From Octopus sinensis (Eukaryota): a stretch of DNA of 64,000 nt. Positions 38,256-51,632 of this stretch are shown in pieces. The DNA is taken from positions 75,888,001-75,952,000 of the forward strand of contig NC_043003.1 of assembly GCF_006345805.1 (NCBI RefSeq), in the 5' to 3' direction. The notes below the pieces were generated by a model. The model saw nothing but the letters and a program-made list of their open reading frames with translations, had not been told where the DNA came from and did no database searches. Position 1 is the first letter of the stretch, and each line of letters opens with the position of its first letter. A program made the translations under genes and the position numbers.

Positions 38256-41200
38256 ACTTGTATCCATGTAATCCATGGCCACCCCCTCCATCCGAACTTC
38301 CTGGCCTTTTGCCAAATTTTTAAACCAATATTTGTTTTTCTCTTTTACATTTTGATTTTAAATAGCATCGAACTCTACTTGCTTTTCATCTCTTCAAAAT
38401 CAATAAAATACTTTATAAGTTTAGTACTAGGCTAGAAGTTATCGACATTTGCTTTTATCTTTTAGTTAGCGGAGAGAGAAGTAGCTGTGGTTACTATGTA
38501 GGATATCCGCGAAAAATTGGAGGAGGGAACCTATCATTAAGACAGAGACCAAGGCTCATTGCCGGCAATAAAGGGGAGTCAGGTCAAAGAACCCAAACCT
38601 TCAGTCGGTAGTGTTAAACTGGGTGAAGAATGAGATATGCCATCCAAATAGGCCATGGAGGGAGTTAAAATCAAAATGCAAAATGCTGGAACAAATATCG
38701 CAAGATACCCGATTCCACGTTCTTACACTTTTGCCAACTAATCGCTGTGGATTTGTTCTTTTTATCAAGGTGAATGGATGAAAGATAAAGTTATACTTGT
38801 ATTAGAAGCAGCGAATATCAGCACAAATACCACGAGATTTTGTAACGACTCAACCAATTCACCATGATTACACTACTATCAGTATTGTTGGTCTTTTGCC
38901 TCCAGATTCACTTAAAATAATTTTCGAAGACAATCGCTTATTTTGGTATGAAGTATATTAACTATTTTAATTTTGTCGTAAAATCGGATTAGGAAGAACA
39001 CTGGCTAAATCTCAGAGAGTCTATTTTAACTGCAATATCCCCCTCTGGAGATATCTGTTAGATATTAATTTCAAATATGTACTGGGTCGATTTTTAATCC
39101 CAGGGTTTTCGGATGAAAAACTAAAAACGTCATAGGAATGTTCAATATAGAATGTGTGCGTGTGTGTGCATGTGTGCATGTGTGTGCGTGTGTTGGCGCG
39201 CGCGCGAGTCAGTGTGTGCTTGCGTGGAAGTGATTATCTTTTCTTTTGTTGAATTGAATTCTTTAGAGTTCAATTGTTTTAAATTTGGTGGTATTTTCTT
39301 ATTAGTCATTTATGCTAGTTTGCAGTGTTAAGAAATTATTGCCTTTCCGTTCCTGCTGGATAAAATGTTAAGGACAACAACATCCAACCAGCATACTTAC
39401 ATATCTTAAGATCCGTTCCTTTTTACGACAAGTTACATGATACTCCGAATTGTATTAGATAGAAATAGATCCCGGTTATGAAGTTTAAGCTGCTGCAATA
39501 GTCATCTTCCGATGTTACCATTATTCCTTTCTCATTTGTTGATCGGGAACGATCTTCATCCGATAAATAAAACTTCAGTATCATTGTATGTATTTAGAAG
39601 ACGGTAACAGTTTTGTGTGTCAGTATATATTTTCAAGTGAGCCGCTGTTTTTCAAGATGCAAAATATAGCTGATATTCTTCTTGTTAGTCTTATCACATA
39701 CTCTCTATAGAGTTCAAACTTTTATTTAACAAAGAATTTAAAGTTTTATTCGCTTTCATTTCTCACATTGCTTTCTCACATTAATTCTGTGTGTCTGTGT
39801 GTGTATACACACATATACTGTATGTATTATGTTTGTTTGTATGTATGTATGTATGTATGTATGTATGTTTGTATATATGTTTGTATAAATGTACATATAC
39901 TGTGTTTATATTTCTGTTTATGTACAATTATGTTCATAATAATATGATTTATAATAGCAATACGGTAAATATTTATAATATTACTTCTATCTCAGCAGGT
40001 TGCAATTAATAGTTAATGTCATACTTCATTATTTTATGGCATATCTTATTCACCAAACTACATGTGGAATAACTATAAGATGTTAAATCTATCTATGGTG
40101 TTGTAAGTCATCTTGGACTGTCCATTTTGCCATGACTTGCAAATATGTACATAAATCTGTAACTGATTATTATAATTGTTATGTTTACAGATGCATTGTC
40201 AGATATAAAATTTGACTGAATAGATTCTCTGAAGTAGATTTAAATTCCGTCTCAATATATTTCATAACATTCGATATCATAGTAAACGTTATATGTGTGG
40301 AAAAGTGGCCGCATGTATTAACCATCTACAAAAGAAGTGCAATAAATCAGTACAAAATGCGGATGAAAGTATGTATGTCCCTGGTGGTAAATGAGTACAT
40401 GCAGATGATGCCTGATCCTTGATATGAACTGACAGAAAAGTGATATGTAGACAAGTCCATTGATTTTATATTCAGTATAAAATAAGTGATTTTATAAGAT
40501 TTGTTTATAAGGTAGTTATATCAAAGAAGCAGAGAGACAAATATGATGATAAATGTCAGAACGAACATAAAGTGTGTGATTTCTCCGCAATCCAGTATGA
40601 AAATCAAGTAAATATGAAGGAAACTGAGAAATATTAGAGTCTACCTGGACAAGTAAAGTGATTTGAATCAGGTGAGAAAAATTGATTGCGTGGTAATTAG
40701 TATATTTAAAACAATCTATGATCTTGAAATCTGACACCTGTTTTGGGAACAGGGTCAATAAAGGTTTTTGAATCACAAAAGACCACACTTGCATCTCTAG
40801 TAATTAAATCAGCATTGATAAAAAGATATATCAATCAATAAAAAGAAAAGGAAAATGTTTCTCATTTACCTTTTCCAGTTTTTCAGGACGTCAACTGTTT
40901 TACTCGAACAAATATAACAACTAAGCTGTCTACCTTCTCTCTTAAAGTTTATACCTTTTGTCTCGGCGCATCATACGGAGTACTGTTCCGATAGTCTTCT
41001 GTTGCTTTCAGGGTTCATAATGATTTGAAAAGGATCCTACACGATATTGCTATTGCAACATAAATTAATGTGAAACACGAGATGAGATTACTAGTAATAC
41101 ATCATGTATTGAGAGGAAATCTCACTTCTGTGTTTTCGCTCAATTGTTAACATTTAAATCGCGTGATCTAAGTGCTAACTTTATACAGAAGGTGAAAAGA

Positions 41201-41532
41201 AGGTTAATAAAAACTCTCCTTTATCTTCCAAGAAATCTGGACAAAATAAACGCCCCTTCTTTGAAAAGCACAGGGAATTATCTGCCAACAATGAAATTAT
41301 AGGACTATGTCATTCAGCTGTTTTAAATATAATATCAATATCCATACCAGTCAACAAATCCTAAACTTAAGCACGATAAACATAGACAGTTTAGTGGCGC
41401 AAAATTCTGTAAATAACTTAACATATCTCTTTTAAAAATGCAAATTAAACATATAAAATAAAAATGCCTGCATATATATAGACATGTACATATACATATG
41501 TATGTAGATATATATACATATTATATATATGT

Positions 41533-41577
<45 letters not shown>

Positions 41578-42510
41578 AATATATGCATGTATATATACAT
41601 ATATATACACACACAGACATATGCACACATATATACACATATACACATATGTGCGTATTTTTGTGTGTATGTCAGTGTATGTTCGTGAGTTGGAGATATG
41701 TGAGGGTATGTAATAAGAGAGAAGGAATTAGAAGCAGTAAGAAGAGCGTGTACATTTCACGTATATTATGCACCTAATTAGAAATAAGTAAACGAATGGC
41801 ATGGCAGCTACAGTAAAAACATGAAGAACACGAAAGAGAATATATAAAATAAAATCCACATGTCGGAAGATTTCTGCATTGAAATTTAATCAACGATGTC
41901 TTTGATTACTTAGTCCAAGAATTTTAACTATGATGCTATCTGACAATCAAAGCTCTACTAGCTGCGAATCGTAAGTTACAATCTTCTGAGATTCAATACA
42001 TAGTTTGCAGACGTGGCTTGGTTGGTAGGGGTGTTAATGAGAGGCGGATGAAACAGATACAGACATGAGGTGGATGGAATGGGTGCACAAGTGTTGCGGA
42101 CAGAACGGATATAGACTGGGTGTGGATGGGATGGGTGCAGAAATCGAATCAATACACTAACTGTAATTCGTCGACGTAATGATAGGTGGAAACAGGAAAT
42201 TAAATTTTCTTAAATATATATTAAAAATACATTGCAAAAGGTTATGTAACGTTTAATTTGTATGCACAGTGTCCGTACATATACTTTTGTATATATATAT
42301 ATATATATATATATAACTACAAATTAGAGAATGGAGAAATATACTTAAATCGTAAAACATCAAATATCCGATGATACTCAATCCATACTTTAATACACAT
42401 TACATAGAGTAAAGGCAATACATAAAATGAAATGAGATATACAGTAATAGTAAAAAGATAAAGAGATATAAGTAAAAAATTTTTTTCAAATATAATATGC
42501 AAATAAATCA

Positions 42511-42621
42511 AAACTGACAGCTGTTCGGCAGTGAGGACAGTCATACCTCATTAACCTATAAGCCATAAAGGCAGGTATAATGAGGCATTAACAAGGATGC
42601 CCCACGGCTCTTCAGAGAATT
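42511..42621 (-). ncRNA. Hammerhead-like relic with long stem II
   Basis: Minus strand CTGAAGA (42609-15), G-closed long stem II with an internal CCTCATTA/TAATGAGG pair, GA (one core A missing), palindromic ACAGCTGT, C17. Stem I is only 2 bp. Confidence 0.4.
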
Positions 42622-42856
42622 AAATTAAATTTGTTATAATAGTGAAAAATATTATACAATCATATACATATAAATATAAAAATATAAAAAAATAAAATAT
42701 AAAAACTTATACATCATAAAGCTACACTTATATAATATACTACACATTGTACAAAAAAGGAAAGCAAACAGAACAAAATAAAACAAAATATATAATAGTG
42801 TATATATTAATATCAATAAGTACCGATATTATACATATTTGGCTAGTAGTTTTTTA

Positions 42857-42887
<31 letters not shown>

Positions 42888-43095
42888 GCTAACATATATG
42901 GAGATGGAAAATAATAAATAATCGTGGTATATCATATACTAAAGCTATAAAGTTAATAAAAATTACTATTAATAATAATAAAATATAATAATAATAATAT
43001 AATAATAATAATAAAAAAATATATAAAAATAGATACAGTTAAGTTAGCACCAAGTCCATCCTTACAAGATCGAAATAACTATATAAATAACTATA

Positions 43096-43133
<38 letters not shown>

Positions 43134-43176
43134 CAATATATATATATATATATACATACATATATATATATATATG

Positions 43177-43223
<47 letters not shown>

Positions 43224-43434
43224 TATGTATGTATGTATATATATATATATATATATAAGTTTGTAGGTATCTGTGAATGTGTCTATGCATTTATATGTGT
43301 GAATGTGTGTTTGTGTGTCTGTGTTTGAATGTACGCGTGTAAGTGCATCGGTATGTATATATATATACATATATATATATACATATGAATATATACGTAT
43401 ATATAAGTATATATATATGTATGTGTGTGTGTGT

Positions 43435-43485
<51 letters not shown>

Positions 43486-44088
43486 TGAGTGTGAGGCTGC
43501 ACACGCACGTTCGGCCTATAATGTACCTCACGGCTAATTTGGCATGCATTATGAATTACGTTTTGTGCGTCTCAAGTGATTTCACTCAGTTGACCCAGCT
43601 AGTGTATGTCCCAGCTTGTATATGATTGGTAGCAAACCATGTTCTTTGTCTTCCTTTCTTATTCCAATCCAGCTATTAGCCTTGTTTGCAACTTCAGTTT
43701 TGAAATGTCGCTGAACCAGTAACACCAAGCCCTGTCAGCGCTATGTAAAATGAACTCCCACAAACCTCAGCACCTTATTCTAATTTGTTTGATGTGTTAC
43801 CACTAACCTCGGCTTCTGCAAGAACCTACAAATCCTGGGTTTCCGTAAGCTTTCCATCATGAACATCTTCCATCCGTTCGTCGTAGACGAAAGCCTGTGT
43901 CCGTTTCCACATGATCAACTACTTGATAGTGTCTGACAAAATGACTATGCTTGGATTGCGTGTCGTTAACATGACATTACCAGAGAACCTTAATTGTTGG
44001 ACAATATTGCACTATCAGTTGCCAGTTTGGGTTTATGGAAAAAGCCCATGTGTCATTAAATGTAAACTTCTGCATACATATAGGAGTT

Positions 44089-44187
44089 ACTGTGTGGTAG
44101 TTTGAGCAAGTGCTTTCTACTGTAGCCTCGCGCCAACCAAAGCGTTGAGAATGGATTTGGTAGACGGAGTCTGAAAGAAGCTTGTCG

Positions 44188-44238
<51 letters not shown>

Positions 44239-44450
44239 TTGCGTGTCTGTGTTTGTACACCCACCATCACTTGACAACAGATGTTGGTGTGTTTTCATCC
44301 CCGTAAATTAGCGGTTCGGCAGGAGAAACCGATAGTATAAGTACTAGGCTTACAAAGAATAAGTTCTGTGATGGATTTGTTCGACTGAAGGCAGAGCTGC
44401 AGCATGGCCGCTGTCAAATGAGTGAAACAAGTGAAAGAATAAAAGAATAT
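44089..44450 (+). mobile_element. SINE, microsatellite-containing family
   Basis: Same body and tail motifs as 46657-47055, with an internal (TA)n tract. Confidence 0.8.
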
Positions 44451-45189
44451 ATATAGTTAATAAAAAAAAACGGAGAAAAAAGGCAACCAGAAAAAGAAAA
44501 ACAGCAGCGTGAGGACATGCAAAATATTAATAAGAGGTGCAGAGAAGGAAAAGGGTATATATTATATATATCAGTATTTTCCCAATAATAATCAGTCACT
44601 CTTACCACGCATCATCTAACAGCAATAACATGAAAGTCAGTTATAGCTGTTCAGAATTTACATTAGTGTTATATCGAGACAATTTGAACGCCTCTTCATA
44701 CAATATACCAAACAGGAAAGACAACAGGTAACTGCATAATTAATGTATTATGTCCCTTAACTTATTTTGTTCCTTTTTGTTAAGGAAAAGCTACAAATTA
44801 GGGGGTTTTTAATCTCAAGAGTTAAGTACGAAGACAGAAATATATTACAGATTTGTGTAAATACAGCTTTTACTCTAAATTCACTTAAAGAAAGAAAAGG
44901 AAAACCGAAAGCAAAATTATGACATTTAAAAGAAAGTTGTTTCGAAATTTTCATATCAAAGATGCTGGCAATGTAATATGTCATATCATGCAAGAAAAGA
45001 GGAAAAAGTTGAAAACTTTTATACAGCTAAAAACAATTTACATGCAAAATATTTTAAATGTCAGACAAATACAATGACATACTCTCATTAGCAGAAGAAA
45101 TTAATCCTGGTAAATAACAAATAAAAAAGGCAACTAATTTGATGTATGTATTCTATATAAATTTTTCCTTAATATTTATCTATTTATTT

Positions 45190-45335
45190 AAGGCAACAAG
45201 CTGGCAGAGCCGTGGGCATGCCGTGCAAGGCAAAATGCTTAGCGGCATTTCGTCTGACTTTTCCTTCTGAGTTGGAGTTCCGCCGATATTGACATTGCCT
45301 TTCCTTCTTTCAGCGTCAATAAAATAAGTACCAGA
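45190..45335 (+). mobile_element. Degenerate tRNA-derived SINE
   Basis: AAGGCAACAAGCTGGCAGA...AAATGCTTAGCGGCATTTCGTC...TTCCGCCGA..GAC.TTGCCTTT...AATAAAATAAGTACCAG. Confidence 0.7.
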
Positions 45336-45397
45336 ATTAATATATCCTCCGGAATTAATTAAAATTTGAAACTAATATCTATCTATCTGTATGTCTG

Positions 45398-45492
<95 letters not shown>

Positions 45493-45559
45493 GTCTGTCT
45501 GTCTGTCTCTCTGTATATCTATCTATCTACTTATCTATCTATATCAGCATATGGGTGTA

Positions 45560-45623
<64 letters not shown>

Positions 45624-45701
45624 GATAGATAAGTAGATAGATTGAGAGACAGAGAGACATACATACAGACATATAGATAGATAGATATTAGTTTCAAATT
45701 G

Positions 45702-45736
<35 letters not shown>

Positions 45737-45860
45737 AATACTGATATAGATAGATGAGTAGATAGATAAATAGACAGAGAGACAGATATATGTATATGTG
45801 TGTGTCTGTTTGTGTATGTGTATATATGTTTTTGTCCGTACACATGCGTATGTGTGCTTG

Positions 45861-45916
<56 letters not shown>

Positions 45917-45936
45917 TGTATGAATGCATAGACATA

Positions 45937-46310
45937 CAAGTGCTATCATGAATTCCCGGACTTGCGCAGTGAGAGGTAGCAGTAACCTCCATAAAGCAGT
46001 GTACCGAGTGATATTGCAGCTTCGCAAGTTGTGAAATTAGTAGTTTTGTGATCAAGTGTATAATGTTGTCTACTATGTTATCATGGACAGAAAGTTGAAA
46101 CAAAGGACCAACGTGACATTTTACGTAGACTTGTGACGTCTGATGAGACACTAAGTATGCTCCGGCAAGCTTACAGCAACGAGGCAATGGGTTGTACGCA
46201 ATGTTTCGAGTAGTACCACTGATTCAAAATCGGAAGAACTTTCCTGGAATGTGATGAGCGATTTGGAAGATCTGCCACGAGCGTCATCCCCGGGAATGGG
46301 GTACTGTGCA
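45937..46310 (+). mobile_element. mariner-type element 5' end (TIR plus decayed N-terminal HTH); duplicated at ~47384-47757
   Basis: TA-CAAGTGCTATCATGAATTCCCGGAC TIR-like start; across stops reads MDRKLKQRTNV.F....ETLSMLRQAYSNEAMG..QCFE..RF..GRT.LE.DER.GR..TS. Confidence 0.75.
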
Positions 46311-46656
46311 TCGAGAATTAACCCCTCAGTGCCAAACTGTCAATCGTGAGTTCTACTGTAATGTTTGAAACGATTGAGAGAGGACATTTGGCGAAATCAA
46401 TTGGACCACGAAAATAATGTATGTTCGACTACATGTATATGTGTCTATGTGTTTACACATATTAAAGTAGCGTGTGGAAAACCATATTGATTCCCTCAGA
46501 TTTCGATGAAGCGGAAAAGCCAATGTAGGTGCTGCAATTATTATGCCCATTGTGCAGCAGACAGTACCTAGGCAAATCTGCGTAAATAACGATTTAGATA
46601 CGTGGGTGTATGTGTGGAGTGGTATATTTTCCTATTCATATACATGTATACACATA

Positions 46657-47055
46657 GGCGCAGGAGTGGCTTTATGGTAAGTAGCTTGCTTACCAACCAC
46701 ATGCTTCCGGGTTCAGTCCCACTGTGTGACATCTTGGATAAGAGTCTTCTACTATAGTCTCGGGCCGACCAAATCTTTGTGAGTGGATTTGGCTGACGGA
46801 AACTGTAAGGGGTCCATTGATCTTATGTGTTTGTGTGTGTGTGTGTGCGAGTTTGTGTGTCTGTGTTTGTACCCCCACCATTGTTTGGCAACTGATGTTG
46901 GTGTGTCTACGTCCCATATAAATTAGCGGTTCGGCAAAAGAGACCGATAGAATAAGTACTAGGTTTACAAAGAATAAGTCCTGGGATCGGTTTGTTCGAC
47001 TGAAGGTGATGCTCCAACATGGCCGCAGTCAAATGAAAGAAACAAATAAATAAAT
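46657..47055 (+). mobile_element. Full-length tRNA-derived SINE (second copy 48104-48502)
   Basis: GGCGCAGGAGTGGCT...GGTAAGTAGCTTGCTTACCAACCACATG..CCGGGTTCAGTCCCACT (A/B boxes), internal (GT)n, tail GGTGATGCTCCAACATGGCCGCAGTCAAATGA. Confidence 0.88.
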
Positions 47056-47143
47056 GAATAAAGACTATATACATACACACATCTACACTCACATACATAT
47101 TCAAACAGACACAGATACACTAACACACACACACACACATATG

Positions 47144-47181
<38 letters not shown>

Positions 47182-47305
47182 AATACTGATATAGATAGAT
47201 GAGTAGATAGATAAATAGACAGAGAGACAGATATATGTATATGTGTGTGTCTGTTTGTGTATGTGTATATATGTTTTTGTCCGTACACATGCGTATGTGT
47301 GCTTG

Positions 47306-47363
<58 letters not shown>

Positions 47364-48590
47364 TGTATGAATGCATAGACATACAAGTGCTATCATGAAT
47401 TCCCGGACTTGCGCAGTGAGAGGTAGCAGTAACCTCCATAAAGCAGTGTACCGAGTGATATTGCAGCTTCGCAAGTTGTGAAATTAGTAGTTTTGTGATC
47501 AAGTGTATAATGTTGTCTACTATGTTATCATGGACAGAAAGTTGAAACAAAGGACCAACGTGACATTTTACGTAGACTTGTGACGTCTGATGAGACACTA
47601 AGTATGCTCCGGCAAGCTTACAGCAACGAGGCAATGGGTTGTACGCAATGTTTCGAGTAGTACCACTGATTCAAAATCGGAAGAACTTTCCTGGAATGTG
47701 ATGAGCGATTTGGAAGATCTGCCACGAGCGTCATCCCCGGGAATGGGGTACTGTGCATCGAGAATTAACCCCTCAGTGCCAAACTGTCAATCGTGAGTTC
47801 TACTGTAATGTTTGAAACGATTGAGAGAGGACATTTGGCGAAATCAATTGGACCACGAAAATAATGTATGTTCGACTACATGTATATGTGTCTATGTGTT
47901 TACACATATTAAAGTAGCGTGTGGAAAACCATATTGATTCCCTCAGATTTCGATGAAGCGGAAAAGCCAATGTAGGTGCTGCAATTATTATGCCCATTGT
48001 GCAGCAGACAGTACCTAGGCAAATCTGCGTAAATAACGATTTAGATACGTGGGTGTATGTGTGGAGTGGTATATTTTCCTATTCATATACATGTATACAC
48101 ATAGGCGCAGGAGTGGCTTTATGGTAAGTAGCTTGCTTACCAACCACATGCTTCCGGGTTCAGTCCCACTGTGTGACATCTTGGATAAGAGTCTTCTACT
48201 ATAGTCTCGGGCCGACCAAATCTTTGTGAGTGGATTTGGCTGACGGAAACTGTAAGGGGTCCATTGATCTTATGTGTTTGTGTGTGTGTGTGTGCGAGTT
48301 TGTGTGTCTGTGTTTGTACCCCCACCATTGTTTGGCAACTGATGTTGGTGTGTCTACGTCCCATATAAATTAGCGGTTCGGCAAAAGAGACCGATAGAAT
48401 AAGTACTAGGTTTACAAAGAATAAGTCCTGGGATCGGTTTGTTCGACTGAAGGTGATGCTCCAACATGGCCGCAGTCAAATGAAAGAAACAAATAAATAA
48501 ATGAATAAAGACTATATACATACACACATCTACACTCACATACATATTCAAACAGACACAGATACACTAACACACACACACACACATATG

Positions 48591-48634
<44 letters not shown>

Positions 48635-48745
48635 TTAGTCATTGCGAGACTAAGAAGTAGTACTCAATATATGTATGCATCAGAACGAGGTGTTAGACGA
48701 GTAAAGAGAAAGTGAGATGACAAAGGAGAAAAATGGTTATGCTCT

Positions 48746-48783
48746 GAACTTCATTAGCTTACACTTGTAAGCTAATGAAGTTC
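48746..48783. repeat. Perfect 18-bp inverted repeat, 2-nt spacer
   Basis: GAACTTCATTAGCTTACA-CT-TGTAAGCTAATGAAGTTC. Confidence 0.95.
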
Positions 48784-48842
48784 GTAACATAACAGTTGTT
48801 TTTCCCTTTGACGTCTCATTTTCTGCACACACACACACACAC

Positions 48843-48882
<40 letters not shown>

Positions 48883-50429
48883 ATACGTATATATACCCTC
48901 GCACACACAATTTGCTTTTACGATAGTCAATTTTCGTTTGACGATAGTGACAAAACGATATTAGAAATTCTGTTCCTAGCAATCATAGTTCCAGCCAAGT
49001 TAGACTGTTAAATCTGAACCAATAGATATGTGACGTGTTTGGTGTAATGCGAAACTTGACTAGCATCAAGAGGCAGATATATAAAATCAGTGGTAAATAT
49101 CGGAATAACACTAAGAGAATGAGTACAAAAATAATGGTAGTGGTAAATGACAGAAACCCTGTCATTTCTCGTAGGAAGTTGTCTGGTTATCTTATATGTT
49201 GTCTTTTCTATTTTCTCTATTAGTTAATATGCTCCTGGGTCCGTGGGTTCAATCAAATGACTTAGTATTTATGTACATGCGTATACCAATATGGAATTAA
49301 GGTAGTCAATGCATGTGATCATGAAAAGAATAAGATTATTTCTTTCATGAAATTTTGAAGGCAAAATATTTTAGAGTAGTAATAGTCCATTTTATTGAGT
49401 AATTTTTTGTATTTACTTACTTACTACAATGTAACGTGATTCTAATACAGGAGATGTCGGTCTAGCGTTATATATAATTTGGTAGTATCGAAATATCATT
49501 TGAAGCGGAAAGAGAATAATATGTTTTCTTCTACTATTCGGATGTCGGTCGTTATTGTGTCAAATGAGATATTTGTGCATATCATGGCATGAATTAATGC
49601 ATTCCGTGTTTTTATTCGCTGTCTTAGTTTGGGTTTTCAGCATTGATAGCGTTTCCAAGGTACAGAGGCAGTAGAAAAGAAATTACTGTATATAGGATTA
49701 CACCTTATCTACAACAGGCCATGATGTAATAATATGATGTATATTGTTATTTTAACAAATAAAAATACACTCCAAATTATTATTTCAGCGCGTCTCTTAG
49801 ATAAGGTGATACCTTACGGTCAATCGTATTTCTCTAGATTCTCTACACTAAAAATGCTATCAATACTGAAACACAAAACCAAAACATTAGATATTTCTTT
49901 AGATATCAAGGCAGCATATCAATAGCAATGATATGAAATCCGAATAGTACATACCATTTTCCTTTCTTTTGTAATTCACATAATACATCGCGCTTAATGT
50001 TGTAATAATGTCAGTCTGACTCACCCGATTATCTGATCTCTTGACCTTGTGCTAAATAAATGAATATTCACTAATCCAATAAAGTGCAATATTTCCACAA
50101 CCTGAAACCTTTCGGTTTCGAGACAACAGAAAATATTTCACTTTTTATTTTTCCATAAACTGATATATTAACGCGGATATTAGGCTATTTTAACTGACAT
50201 GAACGGCATGTATACAAGACCATATATAGTCTCATCAATACCAAGTTAAACGAACACTGGAAGTTCTTCGAATGCAGCACTCAAAGAAATCATGCTTTAC
50301 GTATCAATAAAATCTCAGTCGAAACACAACTGTTTGCTTAACTTCTTTTCTTACAATAAAAATATGGAGATATAATTCCAGAAAGTATACTACACTATAC
50401 TACAAGAGGGTGAAAAAATTGGTTTCAGA

Positions 50430-50635
50430 TTTTGGCACAAGGGTAACCCTCCTTTTGGTGGAGGGTTTAAGGTCGGTTACAACGAGCTCAGTGCACAACT
50501 GTTACTTATTTTATCGACTCTAAAAGGATGAAAGGTAAAGTTGAACCGAGCGGTATATAAACCCAGAAAGTAAAAGCGGCCGAAGCACCGGTAAGTATTT
50601 TTCTCGATATCCTAACGATTTTGCCAGATCACAGT
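50430..50635 (-). mobile_element. Degenerate SINE (family of the 14330-15110 array)
   Basis: TTTTGGCACAAGG...ACTTATTTTATCGAC...AAAGGATGAAAGGTAAAGTTGA.C...CCTAACGATTTTGCCAG. Confidence 0.65.
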
Positions 50636-50689
50636 CTTTCAGATGGTCAAAATATGGTTAGTAATATAAGGAATGGATATTCAGCTATG

Positions 50690-50753
<64 letters not shown>

Positions 50754-51018
50754 GTATATATTAAATAATAAGGGTGAAAATTTGAATATTAATTTGATTA
50801 ATATCAATTTAAAACCAGTGGTCTAGCATATTAAAATCTGAAGATACAGAAAAATTATACTACTTACATATAAGAGGGATGACCATTACATGGACATCCA
50901 TTATGCTTGTAGATCCGCTACGGTCTTAGCATTAAGACAGGAATGTTCTCCAGGAAATTTAGAGCAAACGCCAGAACGTAAGCGAGCAAGAAAAATGAAA
51001 AGAAACAAAATATAGATT

Positions 51019-51091
51019 AATCACAAACTAGTTTCGCTATTATCACTTACGAAATTATATACGTAATTGTCCGTAGCTCATCAGTGTGATC
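51019..51091 (-). ncRNA. Type I hammerhead ribozyme (intact core, palindromic helix III)
   Basis: Minus strand GATCACA-CTGATGA-GCTA...TAGC-GAAA-CTAG-T-T-TGTGATT: 7-bp stem I, 4-bp closing stem II, ACUAGU palindrome, GUU site. Confidence 0.85.
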
Positions 51092-51572
51092 ATCTTTGCA
51101 ATATAATTTGCAGAACTATACACAGGAAATATGAATGAGATTGAAGATGTATACAGTTCTAACAATTCCACTTGCGGTTATCTTTCAAAAGTCTTCGTTT
51201 TGCCCGTTGAAATAGCAGAAATAATTCTGCAGAATATAAATTTCAACAGTGAATTTTGCCGCTTAGAGAACATAGTTATTTAAATTTTAATCTAAAATAA
51301 TTAAATTTAAATTTAAAATAATAAGAGTGAAAAATTGAATATTAATTTAATTAACATCAATTTAAAACTTGTGGTCTAGAATATTAAAATCTGAAGATAC
51401 AGAAAAATCATGATGCATAAATATAAGAGGATGACCACTACGTGGACATCCAATATGCTAGAAAGAGATCCGATATCGTGTTACCACCAAGAAAGGAATG
51501 TTTTCAAGAAAAGTTTAGCAGACGCCAGAACGTAAGCGAGCAAGACAAAGGAAAAGAAACAAAATATAGATT

Positions 51573-51632
51573 AATCACAAACTAGTTTCGTTATTATCAT
51601 TTATGTAATTACTTACGTAGCTCATCAGTGTG
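51573..51632 (-). ncRNA. Type I hammerhead ribozyme, second tandem copy
   Basis: Minus strand CACA-CTGATGA-GCTA...TAAC-GAAA-CTAG-T-T-TGTG: core intact, one mismatch in stem II. Confidence 0.8.

Larger units (their letters stand above)
45733..48631. repeat. Near-identical tandem duplication, ~1.45-kb unit
   Basis: Identical ORF translations offset by 1447 bp (46353/47800, 46690/48137, 46907/48354). Junctions lie in (TA)n tracts. One (CA)n tract has 10 versus 11 units. Confidence 0.96.
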
